DNA from: Acidobacteriota bacterium
GTDB taxonomy: Bacteria > Acidobacteriota > Vicinamibacteria > Vicinamibacterales > JAKQTR01
Assembly (NCBI GenBank): GCA_026393755.1
Contig: JAPKZO010000029.1
Span: 16,490-80,489, forward strand
Reading direction: 5' to 3'
Length of the DNA stretch: 64,000 bases
The notes under the pieces were generated by a model, which searched no databases, was not told the DNA's origin, and was given only the letters and a program-made list of their open reading frames with translations. The position numbers and the translations under genes were made by a program. Positions 37,334 through 47,065 of this stretch are shown piece after piece. Numbering within the stretch: the stretch's first letter is position 1; every line of letters starts with the position of its first letter.

Positions 37334-40300
37334 GTGTTCAGATCATCGCGAACGCACTTCTTCGTCTCTCTTCTGTCACTCGTCTGCATTTTGGGCGCAC
37401 TTGACTACGCCCAGAACGCACCTCAGAGCCCGGTCACCGCAGACGACTTCAACCAGTTCGGCTGGCGCTGGGTCGGGCCGATGACCTTCTCGGGACGCAT
37501 CTCGGGCATCGCCGTTCCCCGCGGCCAGAGCCAGACGTACTACGTGCTGGGCGGCACCGGCGGCGTCTGGAAGACCATCGACGGCGGCATTCACTTCGAG
37601 CCGATCTTCGAGAAGTACGGCACCGAGAGTATGGGCTGGATGGCGATTGCGCCCTCCAACCAGAACATTCTGTATCTGGGGACCGGGGAGCCGATGCATG
37701 CGCGCGCGAGCACGCACGGCAACGGCATGTGGAAGTCCACTGACGCAGGCAAGACGTGGACGCACATTGGACTCGAGAAGAGCTACTTCATCCCGATGAT
37801 CGCCGTGGACTCCAGGAACCCGGACATCGTGTACGCGGCAGCCGAAGGCAAGCTCTACTCCAACGACATGGACTGCGAGCGCGGTCTGTTCAAGAGCATC
37901 AACGGCGGAAAGACGTGGACCAATCTCGGGCCGATGAAGGACCGGGGCGTTGGCGACTTTGTCATCGACCCTCAGAATTCGAACATCGTCATCGCCTCAG
38001 CCTACAAGCACTATCGCCGTGCATGGACGTACGACGATCGAGATGCAGACAACGGCCTGTTCAAGACGACCGACGGCGGCAAGACGTGGAGCCGGCTGGC
38101 GGGCGGCTTGCCTGCTCAGGGCACGCCAACCGGGCGGACAGGCCTGACAATCTTCGAGAAGAACCCGAAGATCGTGTACGCGCGGATGGACGAGGAAATC
38201 GTCGTTGGCTTCCGCGAAGGCGACGGCGTGGCCAACTTCCGTGCCGCCTCGGCGGCGAGCGGGCGCGGGGGTGGAGGTGGTGGCGGCGGGCGCGGCGGCG
38301 CGATGGGCACGGTTTTGTTCGGCGACGGATTCACGATCGAGAAGTTCAAGGGCTTTACGATCAACGCGGAACTGGCCGCGCTGGCGCCGAAGTTCGTGCC
38401 GGTCACCGGCGCGACCGAAGCGGACCTGGTGACCAAGTTCAACGCGCTGGTTGGAGACAAGGACTTCGTGACCAGGAGCGGCGTGGACGTGGCGAAACTT
38501 CAGGCAGCAGCCAGGAAGGCGCTGGCATCGGACAAGGATCTGATGCTTAACATCACGGAAATGACCAAGCTGATGGCCAAGCCTGCGGCGGCCGCAGATT
38601 CATCCGAGGCCAAGGGACGATTCCAGCTCATCAACCGCCACGTGCTCGAGATTCTCTACTCGGGCGCGCTGGCCAACATCGCGCCGGTCAAGATGAACGG
38701 CATGATCTACCGCACCGACGACCAGGGCAGGACCTGGAAGCGGATGACGGAATACAAGGTGGCGGCGCCGGCAGGACCGCCGGTCCCGCAGGTGAATGAC
38801 AGCGATCTCGACGCCGCCGCGCAGGCGCGCGAGGATGAAACCAACGAAACACGCGAAGCCCTGGGCATTCAGCAGCAGACGCCGCCAGTGATCAAGTCCC
38901 CCGCGATCGTGAACCCTCAGTTGCCGCCGGCACAGCCCGCTGGTCGCGGACAGGCGACACCGACACCCGCCAGCGCAGTTGCCGCAACGCAGCCAGCAGG
39001 CCGCGGCGCCGCCCAGGTTGGAAGCGCCCAGGTGAACCAGACCGAGGGCGGGTACTACGGCCGCATCTGGGTCGACCAGACGGACGACAAGGTTCTCTAC
39101 TGCGGCGACACGAACACGACGGTGTCAAAGGACGCCGGCAAGACGCTCACGGTTGCGCAGTGGGACCGCGGCAATGGAAAGACGCATGTCGACCACCGCG
39201 TGGTGTGGGCCGATCCGCTCAACGGCCAGCACATCCTGAGCGGCAACGACGGCGGTCTGTCGGAAAGCTGGGATGGCGGCGAACACTGGAGCCAGAAGAG
39301 CACCATCAACGTTCAGCAGTTCTACGACGTGTCGGTGGACAACGAGATGCCGTACAACCTCATGGGGGGCACCCAGGACAACGGCGCGTGGCTCGGGCCG
39401 TCGCAGAACCGCAACAGCTACGGCCTGTTCGGCAACGACTGGACCTATCTGCCGACGGGAGACGCGTTCTACGTCGTCCGCGACTGGTGGAATCCTGAGT
39501 ACATCTATTACGAGAGCCAGTTCGGCGGGTCGAGCCGGATGAACCTCAACACGGGTGAGGCGTCGACGCTCGCGGTGCGGCTGACGCCGCAGCAGACAGC
39601 GGCCGGCGAGCCCGCGCTCCGCTACCAGTGGAACGCGCCAATCGTCCTGTCGCCCCACAATCCGGGCATCGTCTACATCGCGTCGCAGTACGTGTGGAAG
39701 TCGGTCAGCCGCGGCGCGCAAGGCACCTTCGTGCGGATCAGTCCCGATCTGTCGAAGGCGGACAAGACGAAACTGGACGAAGCCAGGAAGACCAACCTTC
39801 AGTGGGCGACGGTTTACACAGTGTCGGAGTCGCCGCGCAAACCGGGCCTGCTGTGGGCGGGCACCGACGATGGCAACGTGTGGGTGACGTCGGATGGCGG
39901 CAACAAGTGGGTCTCCATCACCGACCAGTTCTACGACGCAGGGTGCAAGCCGAAAGCCGGAGTTAAAGGCGACCTCATCCCGTGCGACCGCTGGGTGAAG
40001 CGGGTCGTGGCGTCGGCGTTCGATGAGAACACCGCGTACCTCGGATTCAGCGGCTACCGCTCCCACAGCGAGGACAAGACGTGGCTGTTTGTCACGAAAG
40101 ATCTCGGCAAGACGTGGACGAACATCAGCGGCGGGATGGATGCCGCCATCTTCGACGTCGAACAGGATCCGGAGAACGCCAGCGTCCTGTACCTCGGGAC
40201 CGAGAAGGGGATCTTCGTGACGATCGATGAGGGTAAGGCGTGGACGGCGTTCTCGACGAGCGCTCCGAACACAGTCATCCGCGACATGGCGATCCAGAAG

Positions 40301-40843
40301 CGCGATCGCGAGATGGCCATTGCGACCTACGGCCGCGGTTTCTATATCGTGGACATCGGTCCGATCAAGGAATTCAAGGCCGATGTCTTTCAACAGAACG
40401 CGTACCTGTTCGACATCAAGAACACGGTCAAGTGGAATCGGTTCGAACGCCGTGGCGACACGCTGGGCGAGATGGCGAAGGCCGACAATCCGCGCGTTGG
40501 CCAGAACATCTACTACTACCTGAAGGCCGACGCGAAGACGGTCACGGTGACCATCAAGGACCTGGAGGGTAACCAGATCGCGGAGCTCTCGCAGAGTTCG
40601 GCGGAAGCCTTGAGGCCGAGCATCAAGAAAGGACTCCAGAAGGTGTTCTGGGGCCTCAACCGCGTTGCGGCAGGCGCGCCGGCGGCCGGCGGCCGTGGCG
40701 GAGCGGGCGGCGGTGGTGGCGGCGGCCGGGGCGGCGGCGGCATGATGGTGGACGCCGGGGTCTACAAAGTGACCTTTGCGGTGGACGGCAAGGAGATCGC
40801 CACCAAAAAGATGACTGTGAGTCCGGATCCGCTCTTCAAGTAG
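37334..40843 (+). CDS. Secreted sortilin/VPS10-like BNR (Asp-box) repeat protein, ~1,169 aa (paralog of 7947-11417)
   Basis: Raw ORF trimmed to GTG 37334 (SD 'AAGGAGGA' 3 nt upstream; signal 'FFVSLLSLVCILGALDYAQ'). Asp-boxes 'STDAGKTWTH', 'SINGGKTWTN', 'TTDGGKTWSR', 'TDDQGRTWKR', 'SWDGGEHWSQ', 'TKDLGKTWTN'. Confidence 0.8.
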   Translation: MFRSSRTHFFVSLLSLVCILGALDYAQNAPQSPVTADDFNQFGWRWVGPMTFSGRISGIAVPRGQSQTYYVLGGTGGVWKTIDGGIHFEPIFEKYGTESMGWMAIAPSNQNILYLGTGEPMHARASTHGNGMWKSTDAGKTWTHIGLEKSYFIPMIAVDSRNPDIVYAAAEGKLYSNDMDCERGLFKSINGGKTWTNLGPMKDRGVGDFVIDPQNSNIVIASAYKHYRRAWTYDDRDADNGLFKTTDGGKTWSRLAGGLPAQGTPTGRTGLTIFEKNPKIVYARMDEEIVVGFREGDGVANFRAASAASGRGGGGGGGGRGGAMGTVLFGDGFTIEKFKGFTINAELAALAPKFVPVTGATEADLVTKFNALVGDKDFVTRSGVDVAKLQAAARKALASDKDLMLNITEMTKLMAKPAAAADSSEAKGRFQLINRHVLEILYSGALANIAPVKMNGMIYRTDDQGRTWKRMTEYKVAAPAGPPVPQVNDSDLDAAAQAREDETNETREALGIQQQTPPVIKSPAIVNPQLPPAQPAGRGQATPTPASAVAATQPAGRGAAQVGSAQVNQTEGGYYGRIWVDQTDDKVLYCGDTNTTVSKDAGKTLTVAQWDRGNGKTHVDHRVVWADPLNGQHILSGNDGGLSESWDGGEHWSQKSTINVQQFYDVSVDNEMPYNLMGGTQDNGAWLGPSQNRNSYGLFGNDWTYLPTGDAFYVVRDWWNPEYIYYESQFGGSSRMNLNTGEASTLAVRLTPQQTAAGEPALRYQWNAPIVLSPHNPGIVYIASQYVWKSVSRGAQGTFVRISPDLSKADKTKLDEARKTNLQWATVYTVSESPRKPGLLWAGTDDGNVWVTSDGGNKWVSITDQFYDAGCKPKAGVKGDLIPCDRWVKRVVASAFDENTAYLGFSGYRSHSEDKTWLFVTKDLGKTWTNISGGMDAAIFDVEQDPENASVLYLGTEKGIFVTIDEGKAWTAFSTSAPNTVIRDMAIQKRDREMAIATYGRGFYIVDIGPIKEFKADVFQQNAYLFDIKNTVKWNRFERRGDTLGEMAKADNPRVGQNIYYYLKADAKTVTVTIKDLEGNQIAELSQSSAEALRPSIKKGLQKVFWGLNRVAAGAPAAGGRGGAGGGGGGGRGGGGMMVDAGVYKVTFAVDGKEIATKKMTVSPDPLFK

Positions 40844-40857
40844 GTCTTACTGGGGAC

Positions 40858-40915
40858 GGTGTCAGAACCCGCGCACGCGGCTGGCTGCTTCGCCGCTGGA
40901 ACGGGTTCTGACACC
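40858..40915. terminator. Long nested inverted repeat between convergent genes
   Basis: 14-bp perfect arms GGTGTCAGAACCCG / CGGGTTCTGACACC (plus one flanking C:G pair) enclose an inner 5-bp stem GCGGC / GCCGC. It fills most of the 78-bp gap between the BNR and vWA 3' ends. Confidence 0.45.
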
Positions 40916-40921
40916 GCGCCT

Positions 40922-42727
40922 CTAGTTCTTCAACTTCGTCGTCACGCTGCCGACCAGGTCCGCCTCGTAGCTATAGACGACAATCTTGAAGGTCTGGCCC
41001 TGCACCCTCAGCGGGACGCGCGTCGAGCACACGATGCCCTCCTTCTTGACGCGTTCCCACGTGGCCGGCCGCAGATTCAGATCCAACGTCTGCCACGCGT
41101 CGCCAAGAAATCGGCCGCGCGCATCACCATAGAAGGTCGTGAGCTGGAGCGTCGCCTTGTGGAGGCCGTCTTCCTCCTTGAACGGGACTCTCGACGCGTC
41201 AATCGCCAGGTCGACCTGGACCTCCTGACCGCCGCTCGCCGCGGCGACAGTCGTCGCCTTCGCTTTGACCTTGAGGTCCTTGACCTCGAGATCGTACTGA
41301 GCTGCTGCCGCGATGCGGCTGTAGGAAAGGAACGCCTTGCGATCGAACGGCTGGAGCGATTCCCTTGCGTAGTAGCCCCGCCGATACGACACCTTCAGTC
41401 CGGGCCGTCTCACGCGCACGACCACGTTGCGGTACTTCCCGTCCCAATTGGTCTTGCTTGGGTAGTATCCAAGCAGGTACTCGATACGCGTCACCTCATC
41501 GACCGTCGAGAGCGCCTGGCCGATGTCGCCGTGGATTGATGCACGCCCCCCCGTCATCATGCTGATGTTCCGCAGGCTCGAGAGTGCGAACAGACGGCTG
41601 GCATTGCCGGCGCGCGGCTGTTGACCGCCGCCCGCCCCACCCCGCCCGCCCATAGCCCCGACCATCGGCGGTGGCGTGGCCGCCGAAGGCAGCCCCGACG
41701 CGTCGACGCCGCCGGTCTGAAACGTGTCGATCGCAACACGCGCATCGTTGGCCATGGCGGCCAGGCTCTTGTCGTTCTCGAGACGCGGCAGAAACAGGCC
41801 CTGCTCGGTGAAAAACAGCAGGTGCTTCTCGCCATCCATGTAGCGCAGGTACTCGACGGCGGTATACAGATTCTGCACGTCCTGCATCGTCTGTGACTGT
41901 GACGAGACATAGTCGTCGAACGAAAGATCGGTGAGTGAATCGACCTGAAGTTGATCGAGCGCCGACATCGTGCCCGCGGTATCGGCTTCCATGCGCTGCA
42001 GGCCGCCCGTAGCCTGGCGCACGTCGTCCTTGATCCGGCTCGCGTCGGTCACATTGCCCGGCGGCACCTGACGCGCCGTCAGGGCGCCAGGAACAACGAA
42101 GATCCTGTCGATGTCCGGCTGGAGGTTCTTAGGAATCTCCTTGCTGCCGTAGATCGCGGCCAGCCCGCTGAAGCGCAGGGCCATCCTGGCTTCGACCCCC
42201 TCGTGGTACTTCTTGAACCGTTCCAGCACCTGGACGACTTGTCCGTGGTCCGTCGTGAAATCGGTCGCCCGATTCCATCCCATGACCGCCACCATGTCCT
42301 GGGGCAGCAACGACCCCTTCACGAAATCGATCAGTCGGTCGACGGCCTTTGATGGCTGTTGCAGTCTGCCCCGTCCAAGCACGATGACGAAAGTCCGCCG
42401 CGTCTGGGCTTCGAGCGAGGCAGTCGGAACCTTGCGCAGCAGTGCCCTGGTGGCCGTTTGTTCAGGAGCGGCGGCAACCAGCGTCTGCAGCGAGAAGTGG
42501 GCGACGGCCTGCCTGACCCCGTCCTCCAGAATGACGAAGTCGTCGCTCGTCAGATCAGTAACCGGTTTGTCGTTCTGATCGGTGACGATGACGTTGATGG
42601 GCACGAGTGTGACTTGCACCCGGATCGCCCCTGGCACCCTCTGCGGCTGAGCCAGGCCGTGTCCCGTTAACAGCGTCGTCAGGACGGCCGCGAGAACAGC
42701 GCTTCGCTGGTTTCTTCCCGTCCGCAT
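40922..42727 (-). CDS. Secreted vWA-domain protein of the acidobacterial 'VWFA-related' type
   Basis: Signal peptide, then the family-typical N-terminus 'IRVQVTLVPINVIVTDQNDKPVTDLTSDDFVILEDGVRQAVAHFS'. vWA-like 'RTFVIVLGRG'. Gly/Arg tract 'MGGRGGAGGG'. Confidence 0.75.
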   Translation of the reverse strand: MRTGRNQRSAVLAAVLTTLLTGHGLAQPQRVPGAIRVQVTLVPINVIVTDQNDKPVTDLTSDDFVILEDGVRQAVAHFSLQTLVAAAPEQTATRALLRKVPTASLEAQTRRTFVIVLGRGRLQQPSKAVDRLIDFVKGSLLPQDMVAVMGWNRATDFTTDHGQVVQVLERFKKYHEGVEARMALRFSGLAAIYGSKEIPKNLQPDIDRIFVVPGALTARQVPPGNVTDASRIKDDVRQATGGLQRMEADTAGTMSALDQLQVDSLTDLSFDDYVSSQSQTMQDVQNLYTAVEYLRYMDGEKHLLFFTEQGLFLPRLENDKSLAAMANDARVAIDTFQTGGVDASGLPSAATPPPMVGAMGGRGGAGGGQQPRAGNASRLFALSSLRNISMMTGGRASIHGDIGQALSTVDEVTRIEYLLGYYPSKTNWDGKYRNVVVRVRRPGLKVSYRRGYYARESLQPFDRKAFLSYSRIAAAAQYDLEVKDLKVKAKATTVAAASGGQEVQVDLAIDASRVPFKEEDGLHKATLQLTTFYGDARGRFLGDAWQTLDLNLRPATWERVKKEGIVCSTRVPLRVQGQTFKIVVYSYEADLVGSVTTKLKN

Positions 42728-42866
42728 GGAGGACCTCCCCGATCTGGATTCCGGCTCCCCGACTCAGTCGCGCTCGGATCCCGGGCAGATTGTACCCGAA
42801 GGGATGCGGGGGTTGGCGGCATCCGGAGCGACAATTTGCGCTAACATACGCGGCCGTGGGGGCCAC

Positions 42867-44843
42867 ATGAAGAGATTCTGGCATGTCCAAGCGTTAGCCG
42901 TGATCTGGGGGGTGGTCGGGTTCTCGGGCTGGCTGGTCGCTGACGTGTGGGGCCAGGCCGACCCGCGGGCGGCCCCACAGAACCCTCCAACCGGCACCGT
43001 GGCTCCGGTCAAGCCGACCGGAACCGGCAAGATCAGCGGCCAGATCGTCGCTGCCGGCAATGGGGCGCCCGTCAAGCGGGCGACCGTCATGTTGAGAGGC
43101 GATGCTCTCCAGGATCCGTCGACCGGTAGGGGTTCCGCCGGGGCTTTGCTCTCCATGATCCCTCAACCGTCATCGGGAACACCCAGCCCGGGCGCGCAGC
43201 TTCCGCCGAGGGGAGCAGCCAGTGGTCCGCCGCCAGGCACGGTCGAGAAGCAGACCGAGACCGACGGAGCCGGCCGATTCGAGTTCATCGGTTTGCCTGC
43301 CGGCCGGTTCACGCTGTCCGTAAACTCCGTCTCGGGTTTCAGCGCCCCGTCTCAGATCGAGCCCGTGCGACTGGCCGACAACGGATCGGCGACCGTCACA
43401 CTCCGCATGGAGCGGACGGGTGCGATAACGGGAAAGGTATTCGATGAGACCGGCGACCCGTTGCCTCGCGCCCAACTGCTGGCATCGCGGTGGGTGAGCA
43501 CCGGGGGAGTCCGGCGCCTCGTGCCGACAGGCGGCGGCGGCTTCAACATGACGAACGATCTCGGCGAGTATCGGCTGTGGGACGTGCCCCCTGGCGACTA
43601 CTACGTCTCCGCCTCCTTCATGCCGTACTCCTACGCGCCTTCGACGTATGAACGCGAAGGGCAGACTTTCGGGTTTGCCCCGACATTCTATCCAGGGGCA
43701 GCCTCGATGGGAGGCGCGCGCCTCGTCACGGTGCGCGCCGGGCAGGACACGCCGAGTGTCGACATCACCCTGCTGCGCGCGAAGATGGGGCGCATCACCG
43801 GAACAGTGTTGGATTCGTCAGGCATTCCGCTCGCGCAGCGCAGCGGCAGCATCTTCCTGACGTCCCGCGACAATTCCTACCAGGTAAACCGTGGCGTGCC
43901 ACGACGGCCCGACGGCTCCTTCATGTCTTCAGATCTTCCGCCAGGCGATTACTACGTGGTGGCCAGCCAGACGCAAAGCGGCGGCCCGGCCGGCGGTGGC
44001 GTGAGCGAGAGCGCGGTTGCGTCGGTGAGTGTCAACGGAGACGAGGTGACGGTCAGTCTCCAGTTGAACAAGGGGGCCACCATATCTGGCAGGGTCGTTG
44101 TGGAAGGGAAGATGCCTGAGTTGACGACCAGGGTGACCACGAGCATCGGATCGCAACCGGTGACCACCCAGGCGCGGATTATGGTCAGCGCCCGCTCCAC
44201 CGTCAACCCCTCAACCCCTTTCTCACCAGGTACGTCGACGGGCCGGCCGGCGCCGATGGCTGATGATGGCACGTTCGAACTGACCGGCCTTCGCGGGTTC
44301 GTGAGACTGTTCGCCTCGGGCCGTGGGGCCGTTCTGAAGTCGGTCCGCCGGGGAGGTCAGGACATTATGGCAACCCCGTTGGAGCTGGACGGCACGGAGC
44401 ACATCACCGATATCGACATCGTCGTGACGACGGACACGGGCACGTTCGAAGGCCGCGTCACCGATTCCCGTGGCGAGCCCGCGTCCGGTGTCGACGTCAT
44501 CATCTTCAGTGACGATCCCGCGCGATGGTTTGAGGGGTCGCCCTACGTCCGCGTGACGCGAACCGTGAGCGGCACGGCCCTCAACGCGCCGTCCGCGCCC
44601 TTGCCGACGGCAGTTTCCGGATCGAGCACCTCGATCCCGGCGCCTCCGACGGAACCCGGCCGGATCATCGGCGGCCCGCTGGTCCCCGGACGGTACGGAG
44701 CGATTGCGTTCGAATCGAGCACCGGCACGACCGGTCCCGCATATGATCCAGAGACGCTCGAGAAGCTGCAATCCCGCGCGACGTTCTTCACGGTGACCGC
44801 GGGCCAGACCGCAACGGTGCAGCTGAAGACCGTGAAGCCATGA
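42867..44843 (+). CDS. Secreted protein with repeated carboxypeptidase-regulatory-like (CarboxypepD_reg) domains
   Basis: Start set to ATG 42867 (signal 'MKRFWHVQALAVIWGVVGFSGWL'). Five or more repeats of the type 'GKISGQIVAAGNGAPVKRATVML', 'GAITGKVFDETGDPLPRAQL', 'GRITGTVLDSSGIPL', 'GTFEGRVTDSRGEPASGVDV'. Confidence 0.75.
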   Translation: MKRFWHVQALAVIWGVVGFSGWLVADVWGQADPRAAPQNPPTGTVAPVKPTGTGKISGQIVAAGNGAPVKRATVMLRGDALQDPSTGRGSAGALLSMIPQPSSGTPSPGAQLPPRGAASGPPPGTVEKQTETDGAGRFEFIGLPAGRFTLSVNSVSGFSAPSQIEPVRLADNGSATVTLRMERTGAITGKVFDETGDPLPRAQLLASRWVSTGGVRRLVPTGGGGFNMTNDLGEYRLWDVPPGDYYVSASFMPYSYAPSTYEREGQTFGFAPTFYPGAASMGGARLVTVRAGQDTPSVDITLLRAKMGRITGTVLDSSGIPLAQRSGSIFLTSRDNSYQVNRGVPRRPDGSFMSSDLPPGDYYVVASQTQSGGPAGGGVSESAVASVSVNGDEVTVSLQLNKGATISGRVVVEGKMPELTTRVTTSIGSQPVTTQARIMVSARSTVNPSTPFSPGTSTGRPAPMADDGTFELTGLRGFVRLFASGRGAVLKSVRRGGQDIMATPLELDGTEHITDIDIVVTTDTGTFEGRVTDSRGEPASGVDVIIFSDDPARWFEGSPYVRVTRTVSGTALNAPSAPLPTAVSGSSTSIPAPPTEPGRIIGGPLVPGRYGAIAFESSTGTTGPAYDPETLEKLQSRATFFTVTAGQTATVQLKTVKP

Positions 44844-44868
44844 TGTTTCTGCACGTATCGGAGGATTG

Positions 44869-47040
44869 ATGAAGACACGCACGTTGAGATGGCTGATCTG
44901 TGGATTGATGGCCGCCGGTGCCGCGATCGGCTTCCAGGCCTTCGCGCAAGGACAGGACGATCCGGTTGTCCGCAAGATCATCGAACTGGGCACCAAAGAC
45001 AACCAGGCGATGACCTGGAACGACTACGCGAGCAACCGGTTTGGCGGTCGGGAAACCGGCACCAACGCGTACACCGATGCCACCCAGTGGGCCGTGTGGC
45101 AGTTCAAGCAGTTCGGGCTCGACGCGCAACTCGAGGAGGTTGGCGAAATCCCGGTCGGCTTCAACCGCGGGCCGTGGTTCGGCAAGATGCTCAAGCCGGC
45201 CGAGAAGGCGCTGCGATTCGGGACGCCGAGCTTCACGGCCGGCACCAAGGGCAGTCAGCGCGGGCCCGTCGTCATTCTCAAGGCCGACCCGTTTTCGGTG
45301 CCCGGCCGCGCGACAGCCACTCAGCCGGTGAGCAAGGAGAATTTCGACAAGAAGCGTACGGCCGTTCAGGCTGGCCTTGCCGAGATCAACGCCAACAAGG
45401 CCGCATTCAAGGGTGCGTGGGTGCTGATTGGGGGCAACTCGGGCTTCGGCCGCGACGGCCGCCGCGGCACCAAACTCGCGGACGGATCGTCGGAGTACCT
45501 GGACGCCGAGATGGTGCCCGCACTCACCAAGGCGCTCATCGATGCTGGTGCGCTCGGGACCATTCAGTCGTCCAAGCCGCCCGCGTCAGCCCAACCTGGC
45601 AACAATTCAGAGCCGCCACTCAGCATGCTCGACGGCTACGCCGCCTCGTGGGACAAGCTCCCGGTGCTGCCCGACATCAAGCTTCTTGACACCCAGTACG
45701 ACGAGATCAAGACGCTCGTCGAGAAGAAGCAGCCGGTCGTCCTCGAATTCGACGTCCGCAACTGGTTCAAGATGGGGCCGATCAAGTACCACAACGTCGT
45801 CGCCACCCTGAAGGGCACGACGTATCCCGATGAGTACATCGTCATCGGTGCGCACTTCGACTGCTTCAGCTCCGGCACCGGCGGCGTCGACGACGGATCC
45901 GGATTTGGACCAGGCGTAGAGGCGATTCGTCTCATCGCCGCATCGGGCGCCAAGCCGAAGCGATCGATCATCTTCATCGCATTTGCGGCAGAAGAGAACG
46001 GGCTGGTCGGGTCGCAAGCGTGGCTCAAGCGGCACCCGGAACTGCACGACAAGATCGTCTTCATGACCGAGTCGGACTCGACACCGTACGCCATCACCGG
46101 CGTGTCTGTGCCGGAGACGTGGTACGCGGATTTCCAGAAGATCACCGCTCCGCTCGCGAACCTCAATCCGAGGTGGCCGTTCAAGCTCCAGAAGACGCTT
46201 CCGCGAGCCCACGCCACGACGCCGAGCAGCACGGATTCGAGGGCCTTTGAGGTCGACAGCGTGCCGATCCTTCAGCTCCAGTCGACCAGTGCGCGGCCGG
46301 GACCGGATGGCAAGGACGTCAACTACACCTACAGCTACGCGTGGCACACGCTGAACGATCTCTACAGCGAGCTGACGCCCTACGCCGAACATCAGCAGTG
46401 GTCGGCGCTGGCGACCGCTGTCATGGTCTACGGCGTGGCGAATCTCGACAAGCCGCTGACGCGCGACGGCGTCTATCTGCCTGACGGGTTGTACGCCAGC
46501 ATCACGGTCGGGGCCGGCGACGCGCAGAAGCAGTTCATGACCACGCTTGATTTCGTGAATGCGCCTGTGCAGGTGGCCAACTTCATCCGCACGGTTGAAG
46601 GCAAGACACCGCCGGCCGGCGGGGGACGCGGCGGCGGTGGTGGGCGCGGCGGCGGGCCGGAGGCTCCGCCGATTGGCAAAGTCGACGTGACGAAGACCCA
46701 GATCCAGGGCGTGATCGCGTCCGAGATTCAGAAGTCCGTCGCGGTATTGAACCTGCCGAAAGCAACTAACGCCGCGCTCAAGCACGACGCGGCAGGCATC
46801 ATTGGCGTGTCGGCGCCGAACGCGTTCTATGTCACGCTCGAGAAGAATGCGGGGCTCGACAGAAAATTCACTGCGATCGGGAAGGTCGTCGCGGGGGCCA
46901 GCGCATTGAAGGACATCAAGAAGGCCGATCCGATCAGGAGCATCCGGATCACGCGGGTCGGCCAGGCTGCCACCGACTTCAAGACCGACGACGCCGCGTT
47001 CAAAGCGCTGCTCGAATCGGCGACACGCAAGAAGAAGTAA
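44869..47040 (+). CDS. Secreted M28 aminopeptidase (with PA-like insert) fused to a C-terminal degenerate cyclophilin-like domain
   Basis: SD 'GGAGGA' upstream. M28 motifs 'VIGAHFDCFSSGTGGVDDGSGFG' and 'FIAFAAEENGLVGSQAWL'. The C-terminal ~200 aa has cyclophilin-like 'NAPVQVANF' and 'AFYVTLEKNAGLDRKFTAIGKVVAG'. Confidence 0.7.
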   Translation: MKTRTLRWLICGLMAAGAAIGFQAFAQGQDDPVVRKIIELGTKDNQAMTWNDYASNRFGGRETGTNAYTDATQWAVWQFKQFGLDAQLEEVGEIPVGFNRGPWFGKMLKPAEKALRFGTPSFTAGTKGSQRGPVVILKADPFSVPGRATATQPVSKENFDKKRTAVQAGLAEINANKAAFKGAWVLIGGNSGFGRDGRRGTKLADGSSEYLDAEMVPALTKALIDAGALGTIQSSKPPASAQPGNNSEPPLSMLDGYAASWDKLPVLPDIKLLDTQYDEIKTLVEKKQPVVLEFDVRNWFKMGPIKYHNVVATLKGTTYPDEYIVIGAHFDCFSSGTGGVDDGSGFGPGVEAIRLIAASGAKPKRSIIFIAFAAEENGLVGSQAWLKRHPELHDKIVFMTESDSTPYAITGVSVPETWYADFQKITAPLANLNPRWPFKLQKTLPRAHATTPSSTDSRAFEVDSVPILQLQSTSARPGPDGKDVNYTYSYAWHTLNDLYSELTPYAEHQQWSALATAVMVYGVANLDKPLTRDGVYLPDGLYASITVGAGDAQKQFMTTLDFVNAPVQVANFIRTVEGKTPPAGGGRGGGGGRGGGPEAPPIGKVDVTKTQIQGVIASEIQKSVAVLNLPKATNAALKHDAAGIIGVSAPNAFYVTLEKNAGLDRKFTAIGKVVAGASALKDIKKADPIRSIRITRVGQAATDFKTDDAAFKALLESATRKKK

Positions 47041-47065
47041 GAAGTAAGAAGCAAAGGAGTCTGCC

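Noticed and set aside
38261-38299. G-rich DNA of the Gly/Arg tracts as G-quadruplex-forming sequence. The same applies at 40688-41649 and 46618-46656.
   Set aside because: Most G-runs are only GG, interrupted by C or T, and runs of 3 or more G are separated by loops longer than 7 nt. The pattern is explained by GGN/CGN codons for Gly and Arg.
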